From contig CAVXCG010000003.1 in the NCBI GenBank assembly GCA_963760235.1, positions 267,879 to 331,878 on the forward strand: DNA of 64,000 nt. The letters run 5' to 3'. The first letter of the stretch is position 1. Every line of letters starts with the position of its first letter. The position numbers and the translations under genes were made by a program. Positions 8,614 through 18,884 of the stretch are shown piece by piece. A model generated the notes under the pieces. The model saw nothing but the letters and a program-made list of their open reading frames with translations, was not told the origin of the DNA and made no database searches. The DNA comes from an uncultured Alphaproteobacteria bacterium (GTDB taxonomy: Bacteria; Pseudomonadota; Alphaproteobacteria; Rhizobiales; Xanthobacteraceae).

Positions 8614-10049
8614 GAGCGCTTCTCCTCGGGCTGCAAGCTCTTGACCAGATAGCCGGTCACCGAACGGTGGATGTCGAGCCATTGACGCGCGGCTTCCTGC
8701 ACCTGAGCGGCGGTGACGGCGCGGATACGATCGGGCCAGGTGCGGACCTGCTCGACCGTCTCTCTGGTCGCGAGCGCCGCACCGTACCAGCGCGCCAAGG
8801 TCGCCTGGTTGTCCTGGGCATAGACGGCGTCGGCAATCAGGCCGGTCTTGACGCGATCGAGTTCGCCGGCCGTGACGCCGTGCGCGACGATTTCGGCGAG
8901 CACCGCATCAACGCCGGCCTCGACGGCATGCAGCGTCACTCCGGGCTTCGGCGCCGCATAGACGCCGAACTTGCCGTAATCGAGCGCGGTGTCGGAATAG
9001 AAGGCGCCGGCATTGAGCGCGATGCCCTGATCGATGACCAGGGTTTTGTACAGCCGGCTGTTGGTCCCGGCGCCGAGCACGCTGGCAAGCACGTCGAGCG
9101 CTTCGCTTTCGCCCGGCTTGGCCGTCGTGGCCGACGGAGCCAAATAGTAGCGCTCGACGTTGGGTTGCTCGACGCGCGAATCGGCCAGCGTGACGGTGCG
9201 CGGCGCCTCCTGCACCGGCTCCGTGGGCCGCTGCCGCGGAGCGATCTCGGCACGCGCGGGGACCTTGCCGTAAGTCGCTTCCGCATCGGCCTTCACCTCA
9301 TCCGGGGTGACGTCGCCCGCCACCACGACGATGGCATTGTTCGGTCCATAGAAGCGCCGATAGAACGCCAGCGCATCCTGCCACGTCAGCTTTTCGACTT
9401 CGTGACGCCAGCCGATCACCGGCCGATGATAGGGGTGGTTGAGGTAGAGCGAGGCGTCCATCTGCTCGTCGAGCTGCGCCGATGGATTGTTGGCGACGCG
9501 CATGTTCAGCTCTTCGAGCACCACCTGAAGCTCGGGTCGGGCCACGGCATCGGTGAGCACGAGGCCGGTCATGCGGTCGGCTTCGAACGCCATCATTTCC
9601 TTGAGGTGATCGCGCGGGACGCGTTCGTAGAACGCGGTGTAATCGCTGCCGGTAAAGGCATTCTCCTCACCGCCGATGGCGGTTATGGCTTGCGAGAACG
9701 TGCTGCCCGGATTTTTGGCGGTACCCTTGAACATCAAATGTTCGAGGTAGTGGGCAAGCCCGGACTTGCCCGGGGTCTCATCGGCGGCGCCGACTTTGTA
9801 CCAGACCATGTGGGTGACAACCGGCGCACGGTGATCGGGCAAGACCACGACTTCAAGGCCGTTCTCGAGCTTGAAATCCGCCACCTGCGGCGCGGCGATT
9901 GCACGCACCGGGCCGCCGGCAGCACCGAGCAGCGCGAGACCGAACAGCAATGCGGCGCGCGCACACGCGTTGAAGAAGAGCCTGTCAGCCAAAACCTGTC
10001 CTCCGCGGGTTGAACAACGTCCCACCAGACGTCCAGCGCGCACGCACAA
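8610..10049 (-). CDS. M16-family zinc metallopeptidase (active-site subunit)
   Basis: HYLEHLMFKG matches the HxxEH zinc site. Signal-like ALLFGLALLGAAGGPVRA. The real start may be the TTG near 9992 rather than 10049. Confidence 0.8.
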   Translation of the reverse strand: MCVRAGRLVGRCSTRGGQVLADRLFFNACARAALLFGLALLGAAGGPVRAIAAPQVADFKLENGLEVVVLPDHRAPVVTHMVWYKVGAADETPGKSGLAHYLEHLMFKGTAKNPGSTFSQAITAIGGEENAFTGSDYTAFYERVPRDHLKEMMAFEADRMTGLVLTDAVARPELQVVLEELNMRVANNPSAQLDEQMDASLYLNHPYHRPVIGWRHEVEKLTWQDALAFYRRFYGPNNAIVVVAGDVTPDEVKADAEATYGKVPARAEIAPRQRPTEPVQEAPRTVTLADSRVEQPNVERYYLAPSATTAKPGESEALDVLASVLGAGTNSRLYKTLVIDQGIALNAGAFYSDTALDYGKFGVYAAPKPGVTLHAVEAGVDAVLAEIVAHGVTAGELDRVKTGLIADAVYAQDNQATLARWYGAALATRETVEQVRTWPDRIRAVTAAQVQEAARQWLDIHRSVTGYLVKSLQPEEKRS

Positions 10050-10064
10050 CCGCTGCAGCGGTTT

Positions 10065-10820
10065 TTATTGCTGTGATCCTGCCGAGCCGCTGTTGAGCGT
10101 CTCGCGATCGCCGACGGTCGGCACCTTGTACTTTCTCTGCTCGGGCCCAATGCCGTAGGGCTGATCCGGCGAAGGCGTCAGATAACCGACCGGAGGATCC
10201 GTGAGACTGGTCCGCGTCGGCTCACCGGTGAACGTCGCGTATTCCGACTTGTTCGGACTCAGAAAGTCAAAGCTGAACAGGCCCTTTTTGCCGGGTTGGG
10301 TCACGGCCGGGTTGAGCGACTGCGCTTCTGGATCCACCGGAGTGCCGCCGCCGCTGCTGCCGCTAAAGGGGCCGGGCACCCTGAGCTCGTCGGGCCGCAG
10401 CGGCCGCGACGACTCGGTCACATAGTCGGCGTGCGGATGGGGCTTTTCCTTGGCCTTGGCTTTTTTCCGCGCCGTCATATCCGGGTCTTTGGGCCAGTCA
10501 GGGACCGCCGGCGCCCGATCCGCCATCGGCGGCGGCAAGGCGCGCGTGGGCGGCACCACCAACGGCGAACGCTCGCTGTAGTCGGGGCTGGGATTGGATC
10601 CCAGGCCGATGGTCTGCATGATCTGGTCGTAAAAGGACGGGGCCGTATTTTCCGTGTCGCTGCCGGCGTGCGCTGCCGCCGTGCCGGCGCATACAGCCAG
10701 CGCAGCCAGGACCGCGCCGCCTAGGGTGCGGCCAATGGTGCGACCGATAGTGCATGTGACCGGCGTGATCCGGCCGAGTGTGTGGCCGCCATTGCGGCTG
10801 CTGGCCTGGTACTGCGGCAT
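10065..10820 (-). CDS. Pro-rich secreted protein or lipoprotein (DUF3035-like)
   Basis: I chose ATG 10820 because the ORF-track start 11075 would overlap lspA. Signal/lipobox-like LAALAVCAGTAAAHA. Motif RSPLVVPPTRALPPP. The family name is from memory of the lspA-neighbouring DUF3035 genes. Confidence 0.5.
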   Translation of the reverse strand: MPQYQASSRNGGHTLGRITPVTCTIGRTIGRTLGGAVLAALAVCAGTAAAHAGSDTENTAPSFYDQIMQTIGLGSNPSPDYSERSPLVVPPTRALPPPMADRAPAVPDWPKDPDMTARKKAKAKEKPHPHADYVTESSRPLRPDELRVPGPFSGSSGGGTPVDPEAQSLNPAVTQPGKKGLFSFDFLSPNKSEYATFTGEPTRTSLTDPPVGYLTPSPDQPYGIGPEQRKYKVPTVGDRETLNSGSAGSQQ

Positions 10821-10896
10821 GCCCTCACCCCGAGGCCGGTCCGGCACGCCTGGCAAACGGCCCAAACCGGCAAGGAAATTACCCTCTCGCTCGCTT

Positions 10897-11436
10897 TTAA
10901 ATACCGGATCGGGGCGCTTTTGCGGCGCTGCCCGGCAGCAGCGACTCACAGAGCAGTGCGACGACGCCGGCCACGATCGCCACATCGGCAAGGTTGAAAA
11001 CGTACCAGTGGAGATTTCCCACGTGCAGGTCGACGAAATCCATGACTCCCGGCCAATGCAGCCGGTCGATCGCATTGCCGATCGCGCCGCCGATAATAAG
11101 CCCGAGCGCCAGGGCCGTCAGGCGCGAGGCGGCCCTCGCCAGCCACAGCCACAGGAAGATGACGGCCGCAATTTTGAACGCGAGTAGTGCCCAGGCGCCG
11201 AGCGGCCCTTCCTGGGGAAAAAGCCCGTAGCTGATGCCGGTGTTCCAGGTCAGCGTGAGATTGACGAACGGCGCCACGGGTTCGGCAATGTGCCGGGGCA
11301 GCCGGAACACGTCGCGGAGCCACCACTTCGTTGCCTGATCGAGCAGACACGCGACGACCGCGACAAACAGTCCCAAGGCACTGAGCGGGCCCCAGACATG
11401 GAAGCGGGCAGCCTTGGCGGGCGCGGCGTCGGTCAC
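10897..11436 (-). CDS. lspA: Lipoprotein signal peptidase (signal peptidase II)
   Basis: 179 aa with motifs NTGISYGLF, GGAIGNAIDRL and FNLADVAI. It lies directly downstream of ileS, the classic linkage. Confidence 0.9.
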   Translation of the reverse strand: MTDAAPAKAARFHVWGPLSALGLFVAVVACLLDQATKWWLRDVFRLPRHIAEPVAPFVNLTLTWNTGISYGLFPQEGPLGAWALLAFKIAAVIFLWLWLARAASRLTALALGLIIGGAIGNAIDRLHWPGVMDFVDLHVGNLHWYVFNLADVAIVAGVVALLCESLLPGSAAKAPRSGI

Positions 11437-11448
11437 GCTTAAAGATCC

Positions 11449-14400
11449 CTATTCCGCCGCCTTGCGCATCGCGTCCCATTCGCGCAGCGCCTGCGCGTCG
11501 CGCGGCGTCACGTCGGGATAGTGCGGATCGAGGCCGACCGCTTCGCTGATTTTCCAGGAGCGGGCGCATTTGCGGCCGCTCGCGCGCCGCGGCTCGACCG
11601 CCACGCCGCGCACGTCGTCGAGCCGGAAGGCCGAGGCAGGCCCCTCGCCCTCCACCAACGTCGCCGCGGAGGTGATGCACAATTCGGCGAGGTCGACATC
11701 CACGGCCACGGCGAACAATTCGTCATCCGCCACGTAGATCAATGGCGCGGCTTCGAGCGAGGAGCCGATGCGCTTGGCGGCGCGCTCGAGTTCCAGCGCG
11801 CCGGTCACCACGCGGCGCAGGTTACGCAGCTTCCGCCATTTCTCGGCGAGCGCATCGTCGCGCCAGGAGGCCGGGACTGCCGGGAAGGATTCAAGATGGA
11901 CCGAAACCGCCACCCCGTCGCGCGCCAGCCACGCTTCCTCGGCGGTGAAGCACAACATCGGCGCGAGCCAGATCACGGTGGCGCGGAACAGATGGTCGAG
12001 CACGGTGAGGCAGGCCTTGCGCGTTATCGACGAATACGGATCGCAATAGAGCGCGTCTTTGCGCACGTCGAAATAGAATGCCGACAGCTCGCCGGTCATG
12101 AACGCGTTGAGCGCGGCGAAAATGCGCTTGTAATCGAACTCCGCGTAAGCCGCGCGGATGAACGGGTCGAGTTCGGCGAGCCGGTGCAGCATGAGCCGTT
12201 CCAGCTCCGGCATTTCGTGCTCGGCAACGCGCTCCGCAGCGGTGAAATGCGCCAGATTGCCAAGCATCCAGCGCAGCGTGTTGCGCAGCTTGCGATAGGT
12301 GTCGACCGTGGTTTTGAGGATTTCGGGGCCGATGCGCTGGTCGTCCCAGTAGTCGGTGGCGCACACCCACATGCGCAAAATGTCGGCGCCGGACTGTTTG
12401 ATCACGTCCTGCGGCGCGATCACGTTGCCGAGCGATTTCGACATTTTGTGGCCGGTCTCGTCGAGGGTGAAGCCGTGGGTCACGACGATGTCGTAGGGCG
12501 CATATCCGCGCGTGCCGCAGCTCTCCAGCAGCGAGTGCTGGAACCAACCGCGGTGCTGGTCGGAGCCTTCGAGATAAATCACCGTATCGGCGCCGCCGTC
12601 GCGCTTGCGGCGGATGCCGGCAAGGCCCGGAAAATGCACCGGGTCTTCGAGCACGAAGGCGTGCGTCGAGCCGGAATCGAACCAGACATCGAGAATGTCG
12701 TCGACTTTCCGCCAGCCTTCGCTGGCGCGCTTGCCGAGAAAACGCTCGCGCGCGCCGGCCGCGTACCAGGCGTCGGCCCCCTCGGCCTCGAACGCTTCGA
12801 TGATGCGGAGGTTGACGTCAGCATCGTCGAGAATATCGACCGAGCCGTCGGATGTTTCGTTGATGAACAGCGTGATCGGAACGCCCCAGGCGCGCTGGCG
12901 CGAAATCACCCAATCGGGACGCGATTCGATCATGCCCTTCATGCGCAGCCAGCCACTTTCAGGAACCCATCGCGTCTCTTGAATCTCTCGCAATGCAATT
13001 TCCCGAAGTGTGAAGCCGCCCAGGTTGATCGGCTTGTCCATCGCGATGAACCATTGCGGCGTGTTGCGGTAGATCACCGGCTTCTTCGAGCGCCACGAAT
13101 GCGGGTATTGGTGCTTGAACTTGCCGCGCGCGACCAGCATGCCGGCGTCTTTGAGCGCAGCGATGACAGCCTCGTTGGCGTCGCCCTTCTCGCCTTTTTC
13201 TGTCAGGACACGTTTGCCAGTAAAGCCCGGCGCCTGATCGGTGAAGCGGCCGTCGGCGTCCACGGTGTAGGGGATGGCGGTGTTGATTTTCGCTGCTTCA
13301 AGTTCGCTCTTGTTTTCGATCCATACGTCAAAATCCTCTCGTCCGTGGCCGGGAGCCGTATGCACAAATCCCGTCCCTGTGTCGTCAGTGACGTGACCTC
13401 CTTCGAGCATTGGAACAATAAAATTATAGTTGCCTCCGAGTTTTCTGAGAGGATGCCAGCATGCAATTCTATCTACAATGTTAGGGGGGAGATCAGAAAT
13501 CTTCTTGAAATTCGTGACTCTGGCGTGGCGAAAAACCTCATCAGCAAGCTTTTCGGCGAGCACATATTTGTCGCCTCCCCTCGCCCAGTTGTCCTCGGGC
13601 GCGTCGACGATCTCGTAGAGCCCGTACGAAATAGTTCGAGAAAATGAAATTGCTCGATTGCCGGGGATTGTCCACGGCGTTGTAGTCCAGATAATGACCG
13701 CCGCACCTTCAGGGACCAGAATTTGCATTTCGGGAAACGGTTTAGCAGGATCAAGGCGACCGCCCTGTGGCCCATAAACGTCAGAAGCGACCGGAAACTT
13801 CACCCACACCTGATCCGAGACATAATCCTCGTACTCGACCTCGGCTTCGGCGAGCGCGGTCTTCTCCACCACAGACCACATCACCGGCTTGGAGCCGCGG
13901 TAGAGCGTGCCGTTGGCTGCAAACTTCATCAGTTCGCGCGCGATCTGCGCCTCGGCGGCGTTGCTCATGGTGGTGTAGGGATGCGCCCAGTCGCCCACCC
14001 CGCCGAGCCGCATGAATTCCGCGCGCTGCACTTCGAGCCAATGCTGCGCATAGGCACGGCACTCGCGGCGAAAGGCGATCATGGCCTCGGGATTGCTCAG
14101 ATCGGGCTTCGCCTTGCCCTTGGCGCGATAATTCTCCTCCTCGATCTTCCACTCGATCGGCAGGCCGTGGCAGTCCCAGCCCGGCACATAGTTGGAATCG
14201 AAGCCGAGCATCTGCTGGCTCCGGGTCACCACGTCCTTGAGGATCTTGTTGAGTGCGGTGCCGATATGGACGTTGCCGTTGGCGTAGGGCGGGCCGTCGT
14301 GCAGCACGAATTTCCTGCGTCCCTTGCCGGCCGCGCGCAGCCGCCCGTAAAGGTCGAGCTCCCCCAGCGCGCCAGAATTTCCGGCTCCCGCTGCGGCAGG

Positions 14401-14480
14401 CCGGCGCGCATCGGGAAGTCGGTCTTGGGCAAGAACAGCGTTTCGCTGTAATTGCGCGTCTTGCTCGGCGTCTCGGTCAT
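11449..14480 (-). pseudogene. ileS: Isoleucine--tRNA ligase; N-terminal ~40 codons are out of phase with the rest as sequenced
   Basis: ORF 11449..14307 carries HIGH ([11 protein letters not shown]) and KMSKS (HKMSKSLGN). The conserved N-terminus [39 protein letters not shown] starts at ATG 14480 in another phase. The junction is at the C5 run 14361..14365. The total length of 3032 nt is not a multiple of 3. Confidence 0.9.
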
Positions 14481-14761
14481 GCTGGGTCTGAATCGGCTGT
14501 CGTTGCGGCCTTCTAACAAGCGGATCGCACTGCGGAAAGGGCCAACAGGCGGCAAGCCGGGCGCGACGGAACCCGGCATTCGGAATTGGCGTTGATGGCG
14601 GTAAACTCCGACAATGGGGGGCGGGCCGACGCGGTCGGCCGGGAGGCAGCTGTGGAATACATCCGCGCCGGTCACGACGTTCGCCATGCGCTGGTCATCA
14701 GCGATCCGCAGCCGGTCAGCAGCGCCGGGTCGATCTGGACGTCGGCCGGCTCAGGCGGCCG

Positions 14762-15754
14762 ATGATCGGCATTTTCCTCATCCTGTTCTGCGGTTTTCTC
14801 TATGTCGGAGAAGCCATTTTACTGCCGATCCTGATCGCGGCGGTGGTCTCGTTCACGCTGGCGCCGCTGATCAAGGCCGGCCAGCGTCACGGCATATCGC
14901 CCTGGGTCAGCGGTATCCTGATCGTTGCGCTCACCGTCGGTGCGCTCGCCCTGGCGGCGACGGCGCTCGCCGGCCCGGTGAGCGAGTGGATCGGACGGGC
15001 TCCGCAGATCGGCGCCGTCATCAAGCAGAAGCTTGCGGTTTTCGACCGGCCGTTTGCCGCCTTGCACGAACTGGAAAATTCGATGTTCGGCAGCCCCGGC
15101 ACGCCGCCGGCGGCAGCCGCACCGCCCAACGTGGTAGTGCCGGTCGTCGCCTTTCTCACCCCGGCCGCCGGCCAAATGCTGCTGTTCTTCGGTACGCTCC
15201 TGTTCTTCCTGGTCGGCCAGCTGCAACTGCGCGCGCGGCTTGTCCTGATGTTCTCCAACCAGGACGCGAGGCTGCGCTTCCTGCGCATCATGCACGACAT
15301 CGAAAAGAACCTCGCCGGCTATCTCGCGGTGGTGACGATCATCAACGCCGTGCTGGGGACGCTGGTGGCCGCCGGGGCGTATCTTGTCGGCCTGCCCGAT
15401 CCGGCCATTCTCGGCTTGTTGGCGGCATTGTTGAATTACGTGCCCTATGTGGGGCCGGCCGCCATGGTGGTGATCCTGTTCGTCGTCGGCCTGGTGAGCT
15501 TCCCCTCGCTCGGCCACGCAGCGCTGGCGCCGGCCGGGCTGATCGCCCTGTGCACGCTCGAAGGCCATTTCATCACTCCGACCATCGTCGGCCGGCGGAT
15601 TGCACTCAATCCGCTCGTGGTCGTGCTGGCGCTGGCGTTCTGGACCTGGCTGTGGGGACCGATTGGGGCTTTCCTCGCCGTGCCGCTGTCGATCGTCGGC
15701 CTCGTGGTTTTCGGCCACCTTTTTCCCCACGAGGAGGTGAAGCTGCCGGAGTAA
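14762..15754 (+). CDS. AI-2E family transporter (PerM/YhhT, UPF0118)
   Basis: 330 aa polytopic membrane protein with a family-typical N-terminal region (GEAILLPILIAAVVSFTLAPLIK). No in-phase start exists upstream of 14762, so the N-terminus may be short or affected by an indel. Confidence 0.7.
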   Translation: MIGIFLILFCGFLYVGEAILLPILIAAVVSFTLAPLIKAGQRHGISPWVSGILIVALTVGALALAATALAGPVSEWIGRAPQIGAVIKQKLAVFDRPFAALHELENSMFGSPGTPPAAAAPPNVVVPVVAFLTPAAGQMLLFFGTLLFFLVGQLQLRARLVLMFSNQDARLRFLRIMHDIEKNLAGYLAVVTIINAVLGTLVAAGAYLVGLPDPAILGLLAALLNYVPYVGPAAMVVILFVVGLVSFPSLGHAALAPAGLIALCTLEGHFITPTIVGRRIALNPLVVVLALAFWTWLWGPIGAFLAVPLSIVGLVVFGHLFPHEEVKLPE

Positions 15755-15853
15755 GGCCGGCCCATCTGGTGCGACCTTGACAACGGGCCATGGAACTTTT
15801 CCAGTGCCCGCATATTGACCGGACAGCCTAGACCGATCCGACGGAGAACTGGC

Positions 15854-16247
15854 ATGGATACCACCTCCACGCTTTCGCAGGGCGCTCGCGAAACCGCCGC
15901 GGACGCACGTGAAGGCATGCGACAGGCCGGCGACGCCGCTTCCGAGGCTGCTAACAACCTGCAGAAAGACTTGCAGGCGCTGCGCGGCGATTTTGCCCGC
16001 TTGGCCGAGCAGGTCAGCGGCATTGTCTCCAGCAAAGGCAGCGCCGCCTGGCAACGGGCGAAAACAAGCTTCGACGGTGCGGTCAGCGATGCCCAGACCA
16101 AGGGACAGCAAGCGGTGGACGCCGCGCGCGACGTGTCCGACAATTTCGTCGACGCGCTCGACGAATCGACTCAAACAGCGGCCGTACGCCACACTGGCCA
16201 TCGCCGCCGCGATCGGCTTTCTGTTCGGAGCCACTTGGCGGCGATAG
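15854..16247 (+). pseudogene. DUF883/ElaB-family tail-anchored protein, frameshifted before the membrane anchor
   Basis: GGAG then ATG 15854. The N-terminal part reads MDTTSTLSQGARETAADAREG...FVDALDES. The C-terminal anchor KQRPYATLAIAAAIGFLFGATWRR is in the next phase (ORF 15909..16247). The junction is about 16169-16172. Confidence 0.75.
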
Positions 16248-16279
16248 GGCCGCGCGGGTTAGCGCATCATGAGCGTCCG

Positions 16280-16729
16280 ATGATCAAGGGCCTGATGCGC
16301 GACGTCGCGCTGGCACTCCAGGCCAAGAGCGGCCTCACCACTTCCCTCTTCGTCTGGCTCGCTGTCGCGGCACTGGCGGCGCTCACCGCGTTCGCGTTTC
16401 TCTGCGTTGCCGGCTACGACTGGCTCGCCACCTTGTTCGGCCCGGTATTCGCCGGCCTGATCGCGGCCGGCTTCTTCATCCTCTGCGCCGCGCTGGCCGC
16501 CATGCTTGGCGCGCTGGCGCGCCGGCGTGCCAGGCAGCGCGCCATCCTCGAACGCGCCGCACGCGGCCATGGCACGTCGTGGCTGCTCGATCCCAAGGTT
16601 GTCGCGACCGCCGTGCAATTCGGCCGCTCGCTCGGCTGGCAGCGCCTCGTGCCGATCGCGCTGCTGGGCTTCATTGCCGCGCAATGGGCGCGCGAGAGCC
16701 GCCAGAGCAGCCGCGAGCGCGACGAATAA
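16280..16729 (+). CDS. Small membrane protein (2-3 TM), of the type often annotated as phage-holin family beside DUF883 genes
   Basis: ATG 16280 (MIKGLMRDVALALQAKSG...). Hydrophobic segments LFVWLAVAALAALTAFAFLCVAG and FAGLIAAGFFILCAALAAMLGAL. The 304-aa ORF 15815..16729 is a read-through chimera with the DUF883 gene. Confidence 0.45.
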   Translation: MIKGLMRDVALALQAKSGLTTSLFVWLAVAALAALTAFAFLCVAGYDWLATLFGPVFAGLIAAGFFILCAALAAMLGALARRRARQRAILERAARGHGTSWLLDPKVVATAVQFGRSLGWQRLVPIALLGFIAAQWARESRQSSRERDE

Positions 16730-16759
16730 GGCTGCGCAAAGCGGCGCCGCGCGGTCCGG

Positions 16760-17207
16760 TCATGCCTTGTTGCGCCGCTTTCGCGCCCGCCTCTGTTTGC
16801 GCCGCCGCGCTGCCCTTTTTTTCCGGCAGGCGACGCAGCGACAGCCGCCGCTCTGCAAAAAATATTGCAAATATTCCTTGCCGTAATCGTAGGTGATCTC
16901 CTCGTCCGGCTCGATCCGGCGCAACGCTACGATGACGATGCCGCCCTTGCGTCCCGACCGGCTTGGCATTCGGCTTGCACGAGTGATTGATGTAGCGCGC
17001 CACGTTCCAGCGCGGCGAGCCGTCGATGGTCCAACGCTTGGTGAGCTCGAACATGTAGCGGGCGCCACGCGCCTCGCGCCGATCGGCTTCCTCGGTGCTG
17101 ATGCGCCGTCCGCGATATGTCGCGATATAGGCGGCGCGCTTGATCGGCCTGGTGGCGAACAGGCCGAGCCCGGTGTGCGCGCGGCCGATGCGGAAGAAGC
17201 GGGACAT
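16760..17207 (-). pseudogene. SET-domain protein (putative lysine methyltransferase), frameshifted as sequenced
   Basis: The N-terminal part (ORF 16671..17207) ends in [11 protein letters not shown]. The continuation [35 protein letters not shown] (post-SET Cys) plus a polybasic tail is in the next phase (ORF 16760..17068). The junction is near the CCC run at 16953..16955. Confidence 0.75.
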
Positions 17208-17243
17208 AATTCTGCGAGTAGCGGTCGAATTCGGCCTTTGTCA

Positions 17244-18867
17244 TCAGGTCGGCAGGGGATGCCGGGGATAACGTTCGCTTGGCGGCAAGATCGGCGAGCA
17301 CCGCCTGCGCCGCGTTATGCCCCGGCGCGCCGGTCACTCCGCCGCCCGGATGGGCGCCCGAGCCGCACAGATAGAGGCCGCGCGACCGGCATGCGGTAGT
17401 CGGCAAAACCCAGCATCGGCCGCGCCGAGAAAAGCTGATCGAGGGTCAGCGCGCCGTGAAAGATGTCGCCGTTGGGCAGGCCGAAAGTGCGTTGCAGATC
17501 GAGCGGCGAAAGGATCTGCCGCGCGATCACGCTTCCCCGAAAGCCGGGCGCGTAGCTTTCGACCGTCTCGATCATCAGGTCGGCGACCTGTTCGCGGCGC
17601 TCGTCCCAGGACGAGCCGTCGGGCAAATGCGGCGCGACGTGCTGGCAGAACAGGCTCGCGACGTGGGCGCCGCGCGGCGCCAGGCTGTCGTCGAGCGTCG
17701 AGGGAATGACCAGTTCGATGATCGGCGCCCGGCTCCAGCCATGGCGGACGCAATCGCGATAGGCCTGGTCCATATAGGACAGGCTCGGCGCCAGGATGAT
17801 GCCGGCGGTGTGATGGTCGCCCGCGCCCGGCAGCGCGGCGAAATCCGGCAGTTTGGACAGCGCGACGTTCATGCGGAACGTGCCGGAGCCCGCCTTCCAG
17901 GCCTGCATGCGCTTGTGCACCGCGGCCGGAACCGCTTCGCGCGGCAACAGCGTGCTGGAACAGCGATTGCGGATCGACATTGGCGACGATCGCGCCGGCG
18001 CGGATCGCGGTGCCATCGTCGAGCACGATGCCGGCGGCGCGGCCGCGCTCGACGATGATCTCGCGCACCGCCGAGCGCACATCGATGCGCACGCCGCATT
18101 GCGCTGCGGCCTTGCCCATCGCTTGCGTGATCGCTCCCATGCCGCCGAGCGCGTGTCCCCATGCGCCCTGCTTGCCGTTCACCTCGCCGAAGGCATGATG
18201 CAGGAGCACGTAGGCGGAGCTCGGCGTATAGGGGCTGGCGAGGTTGCCGACGACCGCGTCGAAGCCGAGCACCGCCTTGATCGGGTCGGACTCGAACCAG
18301 CCGTCGAGCATTTCGCCGGCCGAACGGCGCAAGAGATTGAATGCCGGGCGTAAGGCCGCCGCGCGCCACAGCCGCCTGCCCACGCCCGCGAGCTTGCCGA
18401 GTTCGCCCAGGCTGCGGGTGAAATTTCCCAACAGCAGATTTGGCGGTGCCTTGAGCACGAGGCCGCGCAGCACCGATGCGACGCGGCCGATCTCGGCCAG
18501 GTACGCGCCATATCGTTGGGCATCGCGGGGGCTGAATTTGGCGATCTCGCGTTCGCTGCGGCCCTCGCCGGTGAGCAGATAGCGTCCGTCCGGCAGCGGC
18601 AGGAAATTCTGCGCCCGGCGCTCGACGATGCGCAGGCCATGCTCGTGCGAGCCGGAGATCGCGGATGACTTTGGGCTGCAGCAGACTGACCGCGTAGGCG
18701 GCCGTCGAATTGCGAAAACCGGGACAAATCTCTTCGGTGACGCAAGCGCCGCCGATCACCGCGCGGCGCTCAAGCACGCGCACCCGCAGCCCGGCCATGC
18801 CCAGATAAGCCGCGCAGACGAGGCCGTTGTGGCCGGCTCCGATGACGATGACGTCGAGGTCCGACAT
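17244..18867 (-). pseudogene. NAD(P)/FAD-dependent oxidoreductase (phytoene-desaturase/CrtI-like family), at least three frameshifts
   Basis: ATG 18867 with MSDLDVIVIGAGHNGLVCAAYLGMAGLRVRVLERR (dinucleotide fold). The conserved sequence continues through three other ORF-track phases, with junctions at about 18643, 17957 and 17385. The final phase has no stop before it overlaps the SET gene, so the 3-prime end (17244) is a guess. Confidence 0.7.
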
Positions 18868-18884
18868 TGCGGCGTGCGAGCGCG

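Noticed and set aside
6826-8652. Very long ORFs antisense or out of phase to the annotated genes. Examples are 119..1471, 6826..8652, 8604..10013, 11521..13647, 14819..16234, 20798..22948, 23183..25891, 27138..28655, 34225..35580, 43021..44316 and 58914..60602.
   Set aside because: Their translations are Arg/Ala/Gly/Pro-dominated with no motifs. They shadow genes that have clear family signatures on the other strand or phase. Long open shadow frames are expected at this GC content.
15815-16729. A 304-aa ORF as a single gene.
   Set aside because: It is a chimera. It contains the DUF883 N-terminal part, then out-of-phase read-through (..TAAVRHTGHRRRDRLSVRSHL..), then a separate membrane-protein gene starting at ATG 16280. 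The real DUF883 C-terminal anchor is in the next phase.
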